Positions 23,996 to 32,271 of a stretch of DNA of 62,969 nucleotides are shown in pieces. The stretch spans positions 1-62,969 of the IMG/VR virus record IMGVR_UViG_3300025000_000012. One strand, given 5' to 3'. The translations under genes and the position numbers were made by a program. A model generated the notes under the pieces. That model was given only the letters and a program-made list of their open reading frames with translations, had not been told where the DNA came from and searched no databases. Source of the DNA: a virus. The first letter of the stretch is position 1. Each line of letters opens with the position of its first letter.

Positions 23996-24022
23996 AAAAA
24001 GGACCCTACTCTCGCAGGGCCC
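23996..24022 (-). terminator. Rho-independent terminator after the SSB gene
   Basis: Minus strand reads GGGCCCU-gcgagagu-AGGGUCC (7-bp stem with one G-U pair) followed by UUUUU. Confidence 0.6.
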
Positions 24023-24058
24023 TTCTTATTACGGGATATTACATCAGCTGTGGGCTAC

Positions 24059-24622
24059 TTAGAACGGTACGTCTTCTCCAAAACCACCCTGTGACAGGGC
24101 TTCGGGTTCTGTGAATCCTGCGAACGCATCCTCAGCCTTCTGACGACCGTCGAGGCGCTCACCTTCACGCACGAGCATGACATTGTTGAGACCCCAGCCG
24201 ACGCCGTGGTTGCCGCTATTTGAGTAGGGATACGGATTAACATCAGCGCGGACGTAACAGCCGGCGTAGATGGCACCCTGGTCAAAGAGGGGCTTAGCAT
24301 CCGGGCCTACAACACCAGGAGCAGTATTGGCAGCACAGTTGAGAAAGTAATGGCCCTCGTACTCTTTGGAAGTTTTTTCACCAGATGCTAGCTCAGCATC
24401 ACCGTCGCGCAGAGGTTCGTAACGAAACTTAGGAACCTTGCCCTTCCAAAGCTTTTCTTTGCCCTGCTCGATGGCCTTATCAACGGCTTTTTTAACGGCC
24501 TCAACACCAGCTACATCCGACTTAGGAATAAGGAGGGAGCAGGAGTACTTCAAGGCGCCTGAAGGGTTGGCTTTCGGTTCAAAAAGAGCGGGAAAAGAAA
24601 TTCTACATACACTTGTGATCAT
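24059..24622 (-). CDS. DUF2815-type phage single-stranded DNA-binding protein (187 aa)
   Basis: N-terminus RISFPALFEPKA... and an acidic C-terminal tail GGFGEDVPF. Sits in the classic DUF2800/DUF2815/PolA module. Confidence 0.7.
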   Translation of the reverse strand: MITSVCRISFPALFEPKANPSGALKYSCSLLIPKSDVAGVEAVKKAVDKAIEQGKEKLWKGKVPKFRYEPLRDGDAELASGEKTSKEYEGHYFLNCAANTAPGVVGPDAKPLFDQGAIYAGCYVRADVNPYPYSNSGNHGVGWGLNNVMLVREGERLDGRQKAEDAFAGFTEPEALSQGGFGEDVPF

Positions 24623-24642
24623 GATTAGTCCTTGTAATGAAG

Positions 24643-24671
24643 ATTATTAACGTTGTTGTCCTAGTAGTAAA
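24643..24671 (-). promoter_or_regulatory. Weaker sigma70-type promoter candidate (TTTACT-N17-AATAAT)
   Basis: -35 TTTACT (24671-24666), -10 AATAAT/TAATAA (24648-24643). About 20 nt upstream of the SSB start. Confidence 0.4.
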
Positions 24672-24732
24672 AAGATGCTGCACCCCTGCGAGGGACTCAT
24701 GTCCGGCATTTCGGGGTTTAATCCACACAGGA

Positions 24733-25137
24733 TTAAGAGGTGATAGTGGTGGCTAACGCCGGTGTCGATGCTTTCGTATCAGGAAATACCTCCTTATGTT
24801 CACCACTGGCCATACGCTTCAGGTTGTTCGCTAAGACCCATTCAAAGCGGGCCTGAAGGTCAAATGCGTCAAAGTCAAAACACTTAGCGATGTTGATTAA
24901 AAAGAAAAAACAGTCTATAATCTCGCGGCTTATATTATCCCGATCTATAGACCCCGTTTTCCATGAAGCAAATGGCCAGGAGGAGGCAAGTTCGCCGACT
25001 TCTACACTAAGAGCTAAGACACACTCATTAGCGTACTGTAGCTTCTTTTCTGGTGTTAAGTCTTGAAACACAACACCCCGAAGGTTAGCTTGTGCTACAA
25101 CTTGGCCCATCATTTTATAGAGTGTAAGCTCATTCAT
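24733..25137 (-). CDS. MazG / dimeric-dUTPase-like all-alpha NTP pyrophosphohydrolase (134 aa)
   Basis: LSVEVGELASS (ExxE) and REIIDCFFFLINIA (E..D) helices. Confidence 0.6.
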   Translation of the reverse strand: MNELTLYKMMGQVVAQANLRGVVFQDLTPEKKLQYANECVLALSVEVGELASSWPFASWKTGSIDRDNISREIIDCFFFLINIAKCFDFDAFDLQARFEWVLANNLKRMASGEHKEVFPDTKASTPALATTITS

Positions 25138-25949
25138 TATACCACCGGAGTCTTTGAGTAAAAACCGGCTGCGCCTTTATGTCCACCTCCGCCGTATTTA
25201 ATAGCGACAGTAGATACATCGATGTCAGGTTTTACAGAGTAAATTGAGTACTTAAATTCACCCGGCTTGACACCAAATAGGACCATAGCGTCATGCTTCT
25301 CCGGGTCATAGACGGAGTCGAAGATTTTGGAGTTCGCGTAGGCTTTATTAATAACGACGACACGCAAGCCCTCGAGCACCGCGTCGTATGCCATACCCTG
25401 TGCATACATAGCATTCTGCTTATCTTCGTACTTAATAATTGTCTTGCCGAGTTCAATGATTTCAGCAATACAATGATTCTTATCTTCAAAAATATCGGTC
25501 CAGATATTACTGTTTGGCCGAGTATCCTCAAAGGTTCGCATGCCATACTGAAACGGTAAAGTACGAGGATCAGAATGATCCCAGACGTCATACCGACCGA
25601 GCAAATGAACCGCGAGATTAGCGTTCTGGCTATTTACTAAATAGTCCCAGGTAAGCTCGCAACCCGCGCGGCCTATTTCACGAATACCTTTTACGTTTCT
25701 CAGCGCTTCAAGCTTCTCGATAGCGGTCTTATGGTGGTCAAGCCAATGGAGCTCAGAATGATCTGCTAAGAACGCCATGTCTTCTGGAGAGAATGAAAAA
25801 TCAACAACAAAAGTAATATCGCTGACCTTAGCGCGGTCTACGGTATCTAGGTAGTTTACGCCGATCATTTCACATGTCGGGAAGTATTGCTTTACTATAG
25901 CCCCCGAGCAATGACCATCGAGGTCTGACTTATGGTAAAAGCATTGCAT
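25137..25949 (-). CDS. DHH/DHHA1-family phosphoesterase (about 270 aa)
   Basis: HKSDLDGH (DxD), WLDHHKT (DHH), GGGHKGAAGF (DHHA1 GGGH). The start is probably ATG 25949 (GAGAGG 6 nt upstream); the ORF track gives GTG 25985. Confidence 0.85.
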   Translation of the reverse strand: MQCFYHKSDLDGHCSGAIVKQYFPTCEMIGVNYLDTVDRAKVSDITFVVDFSFSPEDMAFLADHSELHWLDHHKTAIEKLEALRNVKGIREIGRAGCELTWDYLVNSQNANLAVHLLGRYDVWDHSDPRTLPFQYGMRTFEDTRPNSNIWTDIFEDKNHCIAEIIELGKTIIKYEDKQNAMYAQGMAYDAVLEGLRVVVINKAYANSKIFDSVYDPEKHDAMVLFGVKPGEFKYSIYSVKPDIDVSTVAIKYGGGGHKGAAGFYSKTPVV

Positions 25950-25959
25950 AGTAGACCTC

Positions 25960-26631
25960 TCAGGGATTCCAGGATTGAGCTTCACATTGCAAGAAGCCTT
26001 GTTTGCAAGTATCCATGTAGCACTGAGGCCCTACATGGCAAAACAACTCAGGAAAATGCCCGTGTACCAGTGATAGTACCCGCTCAGCAAACACCTGCAT
26101 CTCGTCTACATTACGATTACAGGTACGCTGGCGCAAGAAGAACATGAGGTTACGGGCATCTATGGTCCATAAATAATTAACCGCAGCAGCGTTAGGTAAA
26201 ACCTGACGGGCTTCTTCCCGAGGAACATTGAGCTTAAGCAGATCACCGTATGCTTTGTATGTAGCATCTAAGGCGCTCTGCATTATAATTTGTGCAGTGG
26301 GCGATACATTGCCGGTGACGCATGGGTAGTCTGAGTAATCTTGGTAGTGCTGAGACCCACTTGTCGGGGACCCAGTTCGTTGACGGGTGATTTGTGCGAG
26401 AAATGACCTTGATACACCCTGGATAAGGAACGTATAAACTACGTGCTCGAACAAGGATGTGTGTTCGGCGTTGATTAAGAACTTAGCTTTTGCGGCGGTG
26501 AACTTTGGAATCTCCGCATCTGCTTGGGCATTCATGGTAATACTCTGAGCAAGAGCAACCATCTCCGCTGGATAAGGAGTTGCTTGCATGAGCTCGATAC
26601 TCATTTTGTCGTACGACTGGACGTTTGGCAT
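25960..26631 (-). CDS. thyX: Flavin-dependent thymidylate synthase ThyX homologue with an atypical signature (223 aa)
   Basis: EHTSLFEHVVYTFLIQGVSRSFLAQITRQRTGSPTSGSQHY aligns to the ThyX RHRxxSxxxxSxRY signature, but reads RQR...S....SQHY. Start re-set to ATG 26631 (AGGAGG 7 nt upstream). Confidence 0.75.
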   Translation of the reverse strand: MPNVQSYDKMSIELMQATPYPAEMVALAQSITMNAQADAEIPKFTAAKAKFLINAEHTSLFEHVVYTFLIQGVSRSFLAQITRQRTGSPTSGSQHYQDYSDYPCVTGNVSPTAQIIMQSALDATYKAYGDLLKLNVPREEARQVLPNAAAVNYLWTIDARNLMFFLRQRTCNRNVDEMQVFAERVLSLVHGHFPELFCHVGPQCYMDTCKQGFLQCEAQSWNP

Positions 26632-26650
26632 TCTACTTCCTCCTACTAGG

Positions 26651-26684
26651 AAAACCCCTTTCACGATTGCTCGCGAAAGGGGTT
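26651..26684 (-). terminator. Rho-independent terminator
   Basis: Minus strand reads ACCCCUUUC-gcgagcaaucgu-GAAAGGGGU followed by UUUCC. Lies between the wHTH gene and thyX. Confidence 0.6.
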
Positions 26685-26717
26685 ATAGTCATGGGCTGTG
26701 AAACTACAGTTTACATT

Positions 26718-27260
26718 TTACAGGAGCTCGTCGTCTCCGTCAGGATCTGTATCGTCTTCAGGAACATCTGCAACGACATTGGGCTCGGGCAACTTGGCAG
26801 CAGCGGCCTCGTTACGCTTGATCTTGATGCGCAGCAGGGTAGCATTAGCGTCGGCCTCTTCCTTGAGCTCGACAAGCTCTTCGTCATCCGGGTCTTCAGC
26901 GATATCAGCATTAACCTGGTCAACTTTGGCCTGAGCCTTGGCGTACGCAGCACGCTGGGTCTTGAGAGTCTTGGCAAGTGCGTCGGCCTGCTCTTGCGGA
27001 GTCTTGGCGCTGGTAGAAGCTTTGGCTTTGCGATTGGCAAGGACAACTTCCTGTTGGGCATTATACTCGTCCTCAGTACAAAAGCGGAGCTTCTTGTTCT
27101 CATCAGCGACGATGAAGTGGCCCATCCACCGCAGATACGTCATCTGAGATGAAACACTCGCATCTTTGACTTCCAGCTTGGCAGCGATTTCGGCTTTGGT
27201 ATACTCACCAGTCTCGATCAGTTCCTTAACTTGTTCACGGCGGTTAACTTTCTCACTCAT
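26718..27260 (-). CDS. Winged-HTH DNA-binding protein with a C-terminal coiled-coil/acidic region (180 aa)
   Basis: EQVKELIETGEYTKAEIAAKLEVKDASVSSQMTYLRWMG is paralogous to EQVVNLIRTNGRISIKDIGEAIGISERNVSSQLSYLRKDG in 40512..40808. First gene after the 27.3-kb promoter. Confidence 0.7.
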   Translation of the reverse strand: MSEKVNRREQVKELIETGEYTKAEIAAKLEVKDASVSSQMTYLRWMGHFIVADENKKLRFCTEDEYNAQQEVVLANRKAKASTSAKTPQEQADALAKTLKTQRAAYAKAQAKVDQVNADIAEDPDDEELVELKEEADANATLLRIKIKRNEAAAAKLPEPNVVADVPEDDTDPDGDDELL

Positions 27261-27327
27261 GGTCGTTCCTCCAGATTATTGTGTGGTTGTGTAATTAGTG
27301 AGGGTCTTCCTCACTTTCGTATAACTT

Positions 27328-27356
27328 ATTATAGTCTAAATCTAAGCTAAAGTAAA
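27328..27356 (-). promoter_or_regulatory. sigma70-type promoter TTTACT-N17-TATAAT
   Basis: -35 at 27356-27351, -10 at 27333-27328. GTGAGG/CCTCAC hairpin (27298-27314) at about +7. Confidence 0.7.
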
Positions 27357-27429
27357 CAATTATTTTTCAAAACTGAAAAATAAAAGGTTCAAAATTTTGT
27401 ACTTAGCGGGCCCATCTTGCGCGGCCTAG

Positions 27430-27774
27430 TTACTCAGTTTTTGTCGCGTCTTTAATCATCTTCTCGAGTTTCATGCGAGCTAGCTTTGCTAACTCTGGTG
27501 GGACTGCTTGAATGTCTTGATTATTTATTATAGCCGGAATAGCATAGATCAAAGCTATATCAGTCTTTGTAGGTATAGCTATGCACAGCAGTATGGCTCC
27601 TATGAATATATTTATCCACTTATTAATAATGCGGGGCCATACGTCGTCTTCTACGAGCTCGACTATACCAAATATAAGGACGCTGGCTAAACCTAAAACT
27701 CCAATAAGACCAGATAAAAAGCAGACTGTATCCACCCGTGTAATCACGTACATCTGAAAATGCGTTAATTCCAT
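27430..27774 (-). CDS. Membrane protein, about 3 TM helices (114 aa)
   Basis: VCFLSGLIGVLGLASVLIFGIV, INIFIGAILLCIAI and IALIYAIPAII segments. Variant motif CTTATACAATGTAAAAGGAGG lies upstream. Confidence 0.65.
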   Translation of the reverse strand: MELTHFQMYVITRVDTVCFLSGLIGVLGLASVLIFGIVELVEDDVWPRIINKWINIFIGAILLCIAIPTKTDIALIYAIPAIINNQDIQAVPPELAKLARMKLEKMIKDATKTE

Positions 27775-27834
27775 TTAACACCTCCTTTTACATTGTATAA
27801 GCCACGTAGAAAAGCCCGATCAGTATTACAGCCG

Positions 27835-28122
27835 TTAGCATTCTGTTGTTTCCTCCTGCGCGACTTCGACCTGCAAGTCTGTTATACGTGAAGCTATGTC
27901 GTCGAGAGCTTCACGAAATGTATTATGATACTCACTAAATAAACCGTCTGCCCCAATCATATCCGCAATATAAACACGTTTGTTCGGATGATCCATAAGT
28001 TTACCCTCATGCGAGTAGTACCATGCATTATGGTCAACGCAGCAGGCCTTACCCTTCGCGAGTACCATCAGCCGCTTAAGCGCGGTCTTGATGGAAATGT
28101 CTTTCAAGTATGGCGGTGACAT
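27835..28122 (-). CDS. Hypothetical protein (95 aa)
   Basis: ORF with its start 1 nt after the upstream stop. No motif recognised. Confidence 0.6.
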   Translation of the reverse strand: MSPPYLKDISIKTALKRLMVLAKGKACCVDHNAWYYSHEGKLMDHPNKRVYIADMIGADGLFSEYHNTFREALDDIASRITDLQVEVAQEETTEC

Positions 28123-28123
28123 G

Positions 28124-29323
28124 TTAATCCTCCGTAATCGCGAGGTTAGCGAAGACCTCCTCAGCGGTCTGAAATTTAACTGGCTCGCGCTTATCTGAGA
28201 CGTTAGCCAGAGTGAGTTTACCCTCGGGTTTGATGATCAGGTTCTTAAAGAACTCGGCTTGACGGTCAGCTTTACTCAGAACCTTTTCAACCTTGGCGGG
28301 CCCAAAGAACTTGACTTCACTCAGCTCGGAGACATCGTAGCCATGCTCTTCAAGAACTTGGCGGGCGACAGTCTCGTTTTCCCAAGTGCGGTTACTGCGA
28401 CCACGTACTACTTTATGATCTGGGACTTCACCTCCTGCGATGATGATGTTAAAAGCATAGTTGTTGATGTCCTTGATATATGACTCAAGGACAGGAGCCT
28501 TCACAAGAAACTCTGAAAGCTCGGCCAGAGGGACCCGATCTGGAATCTCTGCGTAGATCTTGAACACCTGAGACGCGATCTCGTTTGCCATTGCGAGGCG
28601 CGCACGGCAGGTCATCTTCACATCACACCAGCGACATGCGTCAACAGACGGTCGGAGGATCGGATAATCCGCGAGAGTCTCTTGCAGGGCCGGTGATAGT
28701 GTATGCTTGATCCAACGAAGCACCTCAGGCACAGTGTACTCAGTCTGTCTGAAGTGATCCTCGTTGTGTCCTCTAGGCTGCCCGATAACACAGACAACTT
28801 TATCGTACTTCTCAGCATTAGCAGGCGACTTGAGTGCACCAGCTGTATAGCCGAGAAGCTGACTTGAAGACGGATCAACAATGATACCTTTGCCGAACTT
28901 CCAGTCACATACATATAAGATACGGTTGACTGAGAAGATGTAATCAACAGTACCCTCTACTTCATCGAGTAGACTACAACCCGTATGCTCTTCAAAGTCC
29001 TTACAGGACAGCCGAGTCTCGATCATCTCAGTTGTCTCTTGACCAGAGTGTTGCGCTTTTAGGGCAAAGACCCAATCAAGGATCTCTTCAACAGCGTCTC
29101 TGAACTCTACGTGCTTCAGAGGGTCCTTGTGCAGGACCGTCGAGACTGAGTACTCATCCCTGGTCAAGTAGTCTTCTACTACAGAGTGGAGATACGTACC
29201 CTCTTGCGCATCAGATGATGACGGCATTCGGGGTACATTCTCACACATCTTTACTGAGCCAGGGCATTGAATAATACGTGGTAACTTGCTCGGACTGAAC
29301 CGTGCATGTCGTTCTTCAGTCAT
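28124..29323 (-). CDS. DUF2800-type PD-(D/E)XK (Cas4-like) nuclease (399 aa)
   Basis: RFSPSKLPRIIQCPGS N-terminus and C-terminal CRWCDVKMTC cysteine cluster. Start re-set to ATG 29323 (AAGGAG 5 nt upstream). Confidence 0.75.
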   Translation of the reverse strand: MTEERHARFSPSKLPRIIQCPGSVKMCENVPRMPSSSDAQEGTYLHSVVEDYLTRDEYSVSTVLHKDPLKHVEFRDAVEEILDWVFALKAQHSGQETTEMIETRLSCKDFEEHTGCSLLDEVEGTVDYIFSVNRILYVCDWKFGKGIIVDPSSSQLLGYTAGALKSPANAEKYDKVVCVIGQPRGHNEDHFRQTEYTVPEVLRWIKHTLSPALQETLADYPILRPSVDACRWCDVKMTCRARLAMANEIASQVFKIYAEIPDRVPLAELSEFLVKAPVLESYIKDINNYAFNIIIAGGEVPDHKVVRGRSNRTWENETVARQVLEEHGYDVSELSEVKFFGPAKVEKVLSKADRQAEFFKNLIIKPEGKLTLANVSDKREPVKFQTAEEVFANLAITED

Positions 29324-29358
29324 TTGTTCTCCTTGTGATAACTGTGTTTGTTGTTTAA

Positions 29359-29904
29359 CTACGCTATTTGTACTCGAGTCTCGATCAACGTATCCTTGAT
29401 ACACTCGAGTTGATCCGCGAGGCTGATACACTCTTCTTTTACGTACTCAAGAGACCGGACAAACCCGTCATTAAAGCTGAAATATTTTCGAAGAATATCC
29501 GCACGGTCTTTGCTAAAATACTTCTCAACCAAGTGACTTTCTTTAGCGTCCATATAATGGCCGCAGTCAAAACCGAAGTACCATTCTTCGTTGATATGAA
29601 GCATAGGGTACCTACCCGTTGGAGTAGATGAGGAGTACGTAAGCCCGCCGTGTACATTAACCAAGAGTGATAGTCGCGTCTCTTCGCCGTTCCAGCAGAA
29701 GACATCAATGATTCCGCGCTTACCTATTGAAGAATGCTGGAGTTCCTGAAGTAACTCCTTTGACTGTAAATTCTGGTTATACGGGATTCCGAAGAGTGGA
29801 TGCTCAGGACCTACTGCTACGTATCCGCAACGGTGTCCCATATCAGTGAATATCGTTACACACTTATAACCGCGGTGCCAAAATAAAGATTCAATCCGGT
29901 ACAT
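29359..29904 (-). CDS. Conserved-looking hypothetical protein (181 aa)
   Basis: Motifs GHRCGYVAV, VHGGLTYS and WYFGFDCGHYMD suggest a metal-binding or catalytic fold. No family name assigned. Confidence 0.65.
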   Translation of the reverse strand: MYRIESLFWHRGYKCVTIFTDMGHRCGYVAVGPEHPLFGIPYNQNLQSKELLQELQHSSIGKRGIIDVFCWNGEETRLSLLVNVHGGLTYSSSTPTGRYPMLHINEEWYFGFDCGHYMDAKESHLVEKYFSKDRADILRKYFSFNDGFVRSLEYVKEECISLADQLECIKDTLIETRVQIA

Positions 29905-29935
29905 TACTGTTCTCCGTGTAGTCCTTGTTGTTAGA

Positions 29936-30142
29936 TTATTTAATACGCCGAACCTCTAAGTCTTCGTTACTCCATGTCTCGTCGACTTGAAGGGTTACTA
30001 TAGTACAGACTTCGGTCTCTGTTAAAGAGTACCGATCGATAATGCTGACGCAGAGTTCTCTTAATGAGTACCGAGAGCCCGCGCCAAGTCTGTTCTTGCC
30101 GATTCTAAATCTGATGTTAAATATCATTTTCCTCCCTTTCAC
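29936..30142 (-). CDS. Hypothetical small protein (63-68 aa)
   Basis: GTG 30142 or ATG 30127 start (GGGAGG upstream). No motif recognised. Confidence 0.45.
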   Translation of the reverse strand: MKGRKMIFNIRFRIGKNRLGAGSRYSLRELCVSIIDRYSLTETEVCTIVTLQVDETWSNEDLEVRRIK

Positions 30143-30419
30143 TCGCTACAGCATGCTGAATCATCTTTACAATCTTTTTATGATCCGCGCGGTCGAGGAA
30201 ATTTGTTTCCAAAGCTTCAGCTAGATCTCGCTCAAAGTCGCTTGCAATCATAAACTGTACAGCAACTTTATATACCAGCCAGAAGAATAAAACTAATACA
30301 CCAGCCCAGAGTAGGTTGACGCCGATATCAGAGGCTAAGAATAAAAGCATCATGTCCTTGGCGTCTCCACCTGCGGTAGCTACGATCTTACCGATTTCCT
30401 GCAGTTCTTGAACAGTCAT
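30117..30419 (-). CDS. Membrane protein (100 aa)
   Basis: MMLLFLASDIGVNLLWAGVLVLFFWLVY hydrophobic region. ATGA overlap with the upstream gene. Confidence 0.6.
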   Translation of the reverse strand: MTVQELQEIGKIVATAGGDAKDMMLLFLASDIGVNLLWAGVLVLFFWLVYKVAVQFMIASDFERDLAEALETNFLDRADHKKIVKMIQHAVASEREENDI

Positions 30420-30796
30420 TTGTCATTCTCCTCAATTTGTGGAAGTATCTTTCTAGCACGGACTTTTATAACGTGCCTACTATAATCGTCGGTACTGGTT
30501 TCTGCAGTTTTTAAAGCTTCTGCGATTGTTTGAGCTACAACAGTTATTGATTCTTCTACATATCGCGTTACACGGTACGATTTTAAGACAAGCTCTTCGC
30601 CGTGATACTTGCACCGAGACTCATCCATAGTTGGGTTACAGCCTTGTCTTTCCCTCATCCTGATTCGGTGTTTAATTCCACATTCGTTACATCGGAACGC
30701 GCTATCTTCTGTCGGTTTGCCACAGCGGTCACAGAGTCCTTCCGCACGACGTTTTAATCGATGTTGTTTAACTCGCTCTGAAGGAGTCATAGTCAT
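30416..30796 (-). CDS. Zinc-ribbon protein (126 aa), paralogue of 33459..33683 in its N-terminal 45 aa
   Basis: Start re-set to ATG 30796 (GAGGAGG 9 nt upstream). KRRAEGLCDRCGKP...FRCNECGIKHRIRMRERQGCNP versus KAKGLCVACQGP...TFCNDCGVVHRIYERQRRGFNP. Confidence 0.65.
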   Translation of the reverse strand: MTMTPSERVKQHRLKRRAEGLCDRCGKPTEDSAFRCNECGIKHRIRMRERQGCNPTMDESRCKYHGEELVLKSYRVTRYVEESITVVAQTIAEALKTAETSTDDYSRHVIKVRARKILPQIEENDK

Positions 30797-30797
30797 A

Positions 30798-31199
30798 TCA
30801 ACGGTCCTCCTCAGTTTGTGGAATTTGTAATGGCGCAGCTGAGTATTCATGCAGTGCCATAGACATACTCATAAGCCGCGCGGCCCAAGCATCGGGCAAT
30901 TTACGGGTTTGTAGTTCAGGTACTATAGCTTTAACAGCTTCCAAGAAGTACTCAGCTGTGTAGAAGCTGTTAAAGGTATACTCATTAAAGGGACGGTACT
31001 TCAAGTGCTCTGGCGCGGAATGATTCCAGATCATCAAGAGCGTGTAGTATAGATGTCGAGTCTCCATAGTATTTATAGGATGGAATACTCCGTTCCGGTC
31101 GCGCCAACAAAACAGAGTAACCGCTTTTACTGATTCCAGTTCCATATCAGCCTTCCACTTTTTGAAGGGTTTTGGTATCGTACTTTTGGCCTTTACCAA
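30798..31199 (-). CDS. Hypothetical protein (133 aa)
   Basis: ORF in an operon context. No motif assigned. Confidence 0.6.
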   Translation of the reverse strand: MVKAKSTIPKPFKKWKADMELESVKAVTLFCWRDRNGVFHPINTMETRHLYYTLLMIWNHSAPEHLKYRPFNEYTFNSFYTAEYFLEAVKAIVPELQTRKLPDAWAARLMSMSMALHEYSAAPLQIPQTEEDR

Positions 31200-31350
31200 G
31201 GCCTAGTCCAATGCCGTATTCATTGAAGCAGTCTTCACACATATACGCCCACATACCTACACGCATACGAGCGTCATATACAAAGTCGATGTACTCGGCA
31301 TTACAGACTTGGCAACCAGTATCAACTGTTACTCGAGATATTGCGCTCAT
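31147..31350 (-). CDS. Cys-rich small protein (67 aa)
   Basis: CQVC...MCEDC pairs. GGAGG 6 nt before the ATG. First gene after the 31.4-kb promoter. Confidence 0.65.
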   Translation of the reverse strand: MSAISRVTVDTGCQVCNAEYIDFVYDARMRVGMWAYMCEDCFNEYGIGLGLGKGQKYDTKTLQKVEG

Positions 31351-31410
31351 AGAACCTCCGCGTTATGGTGTTTAGTGTTCGTGAGATTAACTTCTCACTC
31401 TTTATAATTA

Positions 31411-31439
31411 ATTATACACCAGTTTTATGCAAAAGTAAA
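31411..31439 (-). promoter_or_regulatory. sigma70-type promoter TTTACT-N17-TATAAT
   Basis: -35 at 31439-31434, -10 at 31416-31411. GTGAGA/TCTCAC hairpin (31381-31398) at about +6. Shares TATAATTAATTATAAAGA with the 35.7-kb promoter. Confidence 0.7.
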
Positions 31440-31443
31440 CTCT

Positions 31444-31593
31444 TTATTTCCCAGAGAGTGAATTAATATCTCTGTGAATCTTGGTGTACGCTTGGAAGTC
31501 TCCTGAGAACGCTAGAGTCTTCGGTCCATATATTGCGAATACTATACTAAACACGGTGATAAATGCGGCCAGAAAATAGAATAGATTCTTCAT
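31444..31593 (-). CDS. Unlisted small hydrophobic-N-terminus protein (49 aa)
   Basis: GGAGGAACTAACATG. Translates MKNLFYFLAAFITVFSIVFAIYGPKTLAFSGDFQAYTKIHRDINSLSGK. Below the ORF-track size cut-off. Confidence 0.55.
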   Translation of the reverse strand: MKNLFYFLAAFITVFSIVFAIYGPKTLAFSGDFQAYTKIHRDINSLSGK

Positions 31594-31640
31594 GTTAGTT
31601 CCTCCGACTCAAAGGTTTAAGGTTCTGTGCGTGATAGTAG

Positions 31641-31847
31641 CTATACCATTGCCTTGATGTAGTCAAACAGGCCGTCGATCTGCTTGTCAGAGTCTGCAGA
31701 AGAGATGACCTTAGTCGACATCTTCGCTGCTCCGGTATCTGATATAGATGTATGGGTTAATATTATATCGTCGCCCTTTGTGGCAGAGGCGGCAATTGTG
31801 AGTTGTACCTTAAGAAGACCATTATACTTGATGTCGAGTTGGATCAT
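31641..31847 (-). CDS. Hypothetical protein (68 aa)
   Basis: ATGA overlap with the upstream gene. Confidence 0.55.
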   Translation of the reverse strand: MIQLDIKYNGLLKVQLTIAASATKGDDIILTHTSISDTGAAKMSTKVISSADSDKQIDGLFDYIKAMV

Positions 31848-32047
31848 TTGTACACCTCACCGAGATACTTGAGAGCACAGTCGCCCTCGCCTTTAGCAAT
31901 CCAGCGCCACATCATACACTCAGGTCCTATACACCCTGGATGAGAATATTGTTTATTAACAGGATCGTGTTCAAAGTTAGTACCATAGTTGCCTCGATGA
32001 TGCGGACACCACTTGGTTCTTGCTTTATCTTCAGTCATCATCTGCAT
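31844..32047 (-). CDS. Cys/His-rich small protein (67 aa)
   Basis: WCPHH...HPGCIGPECMMW...GDC. Confidence 0.55.
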   Translation of the reverse strand: MQMMTEDKARTKWCPHHRGNYGTNFEHDPVNKQYSHPGCIGPECMMWRWIAKGEGDCALKYLGEVYK

Positions 32048-32271
32048 ACCTCCTCAATAGGTAGCTGTACAGTAGCGATATACTCTACACGGACACTCTC
32101 GCTACAGTGGACCATATACTTATACTTCTGGACAACAGGTTGCGGTGTCTTTGGTAACTCCCATACATAGTAACCTGCGATAAGGCATACCACAAATATA
32201 GCTAAGAAAAGGCTGAGCATCTTGCTATCTCCAGAGTTGGAAGAGGTTGTGCGCTTTGTCATCATAGCCAT
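32038..32271 (-). CDS. Single-TM small membrane protein (77 aa)
   Basis: MLSLFLAIFVVCLIAGYYVW helix. Confidence 0.55.
   Translation of the reverse strand: MAMMTKRTTSSNSGDSKMLSLFLAIFVVCLIAGYYVWELPKTPQPVVQKYKYMVHCSESVRVEYIATVQLPIEEVCR

Noticed and set aside
26625-27152. Plus-strand ORFs (175, 78 and 69 aa) opposite the wHTH gene, and similar antisense ORFs inside the giant gene, portal, scaffold (47452..48228), ligase and polymerase
   Set aside because: They are low-complexity or Ser/Leu/Arg-rich translations. They have no SD, run opposite to the operon direction, and are fully nested in ORFs with clear motifs.
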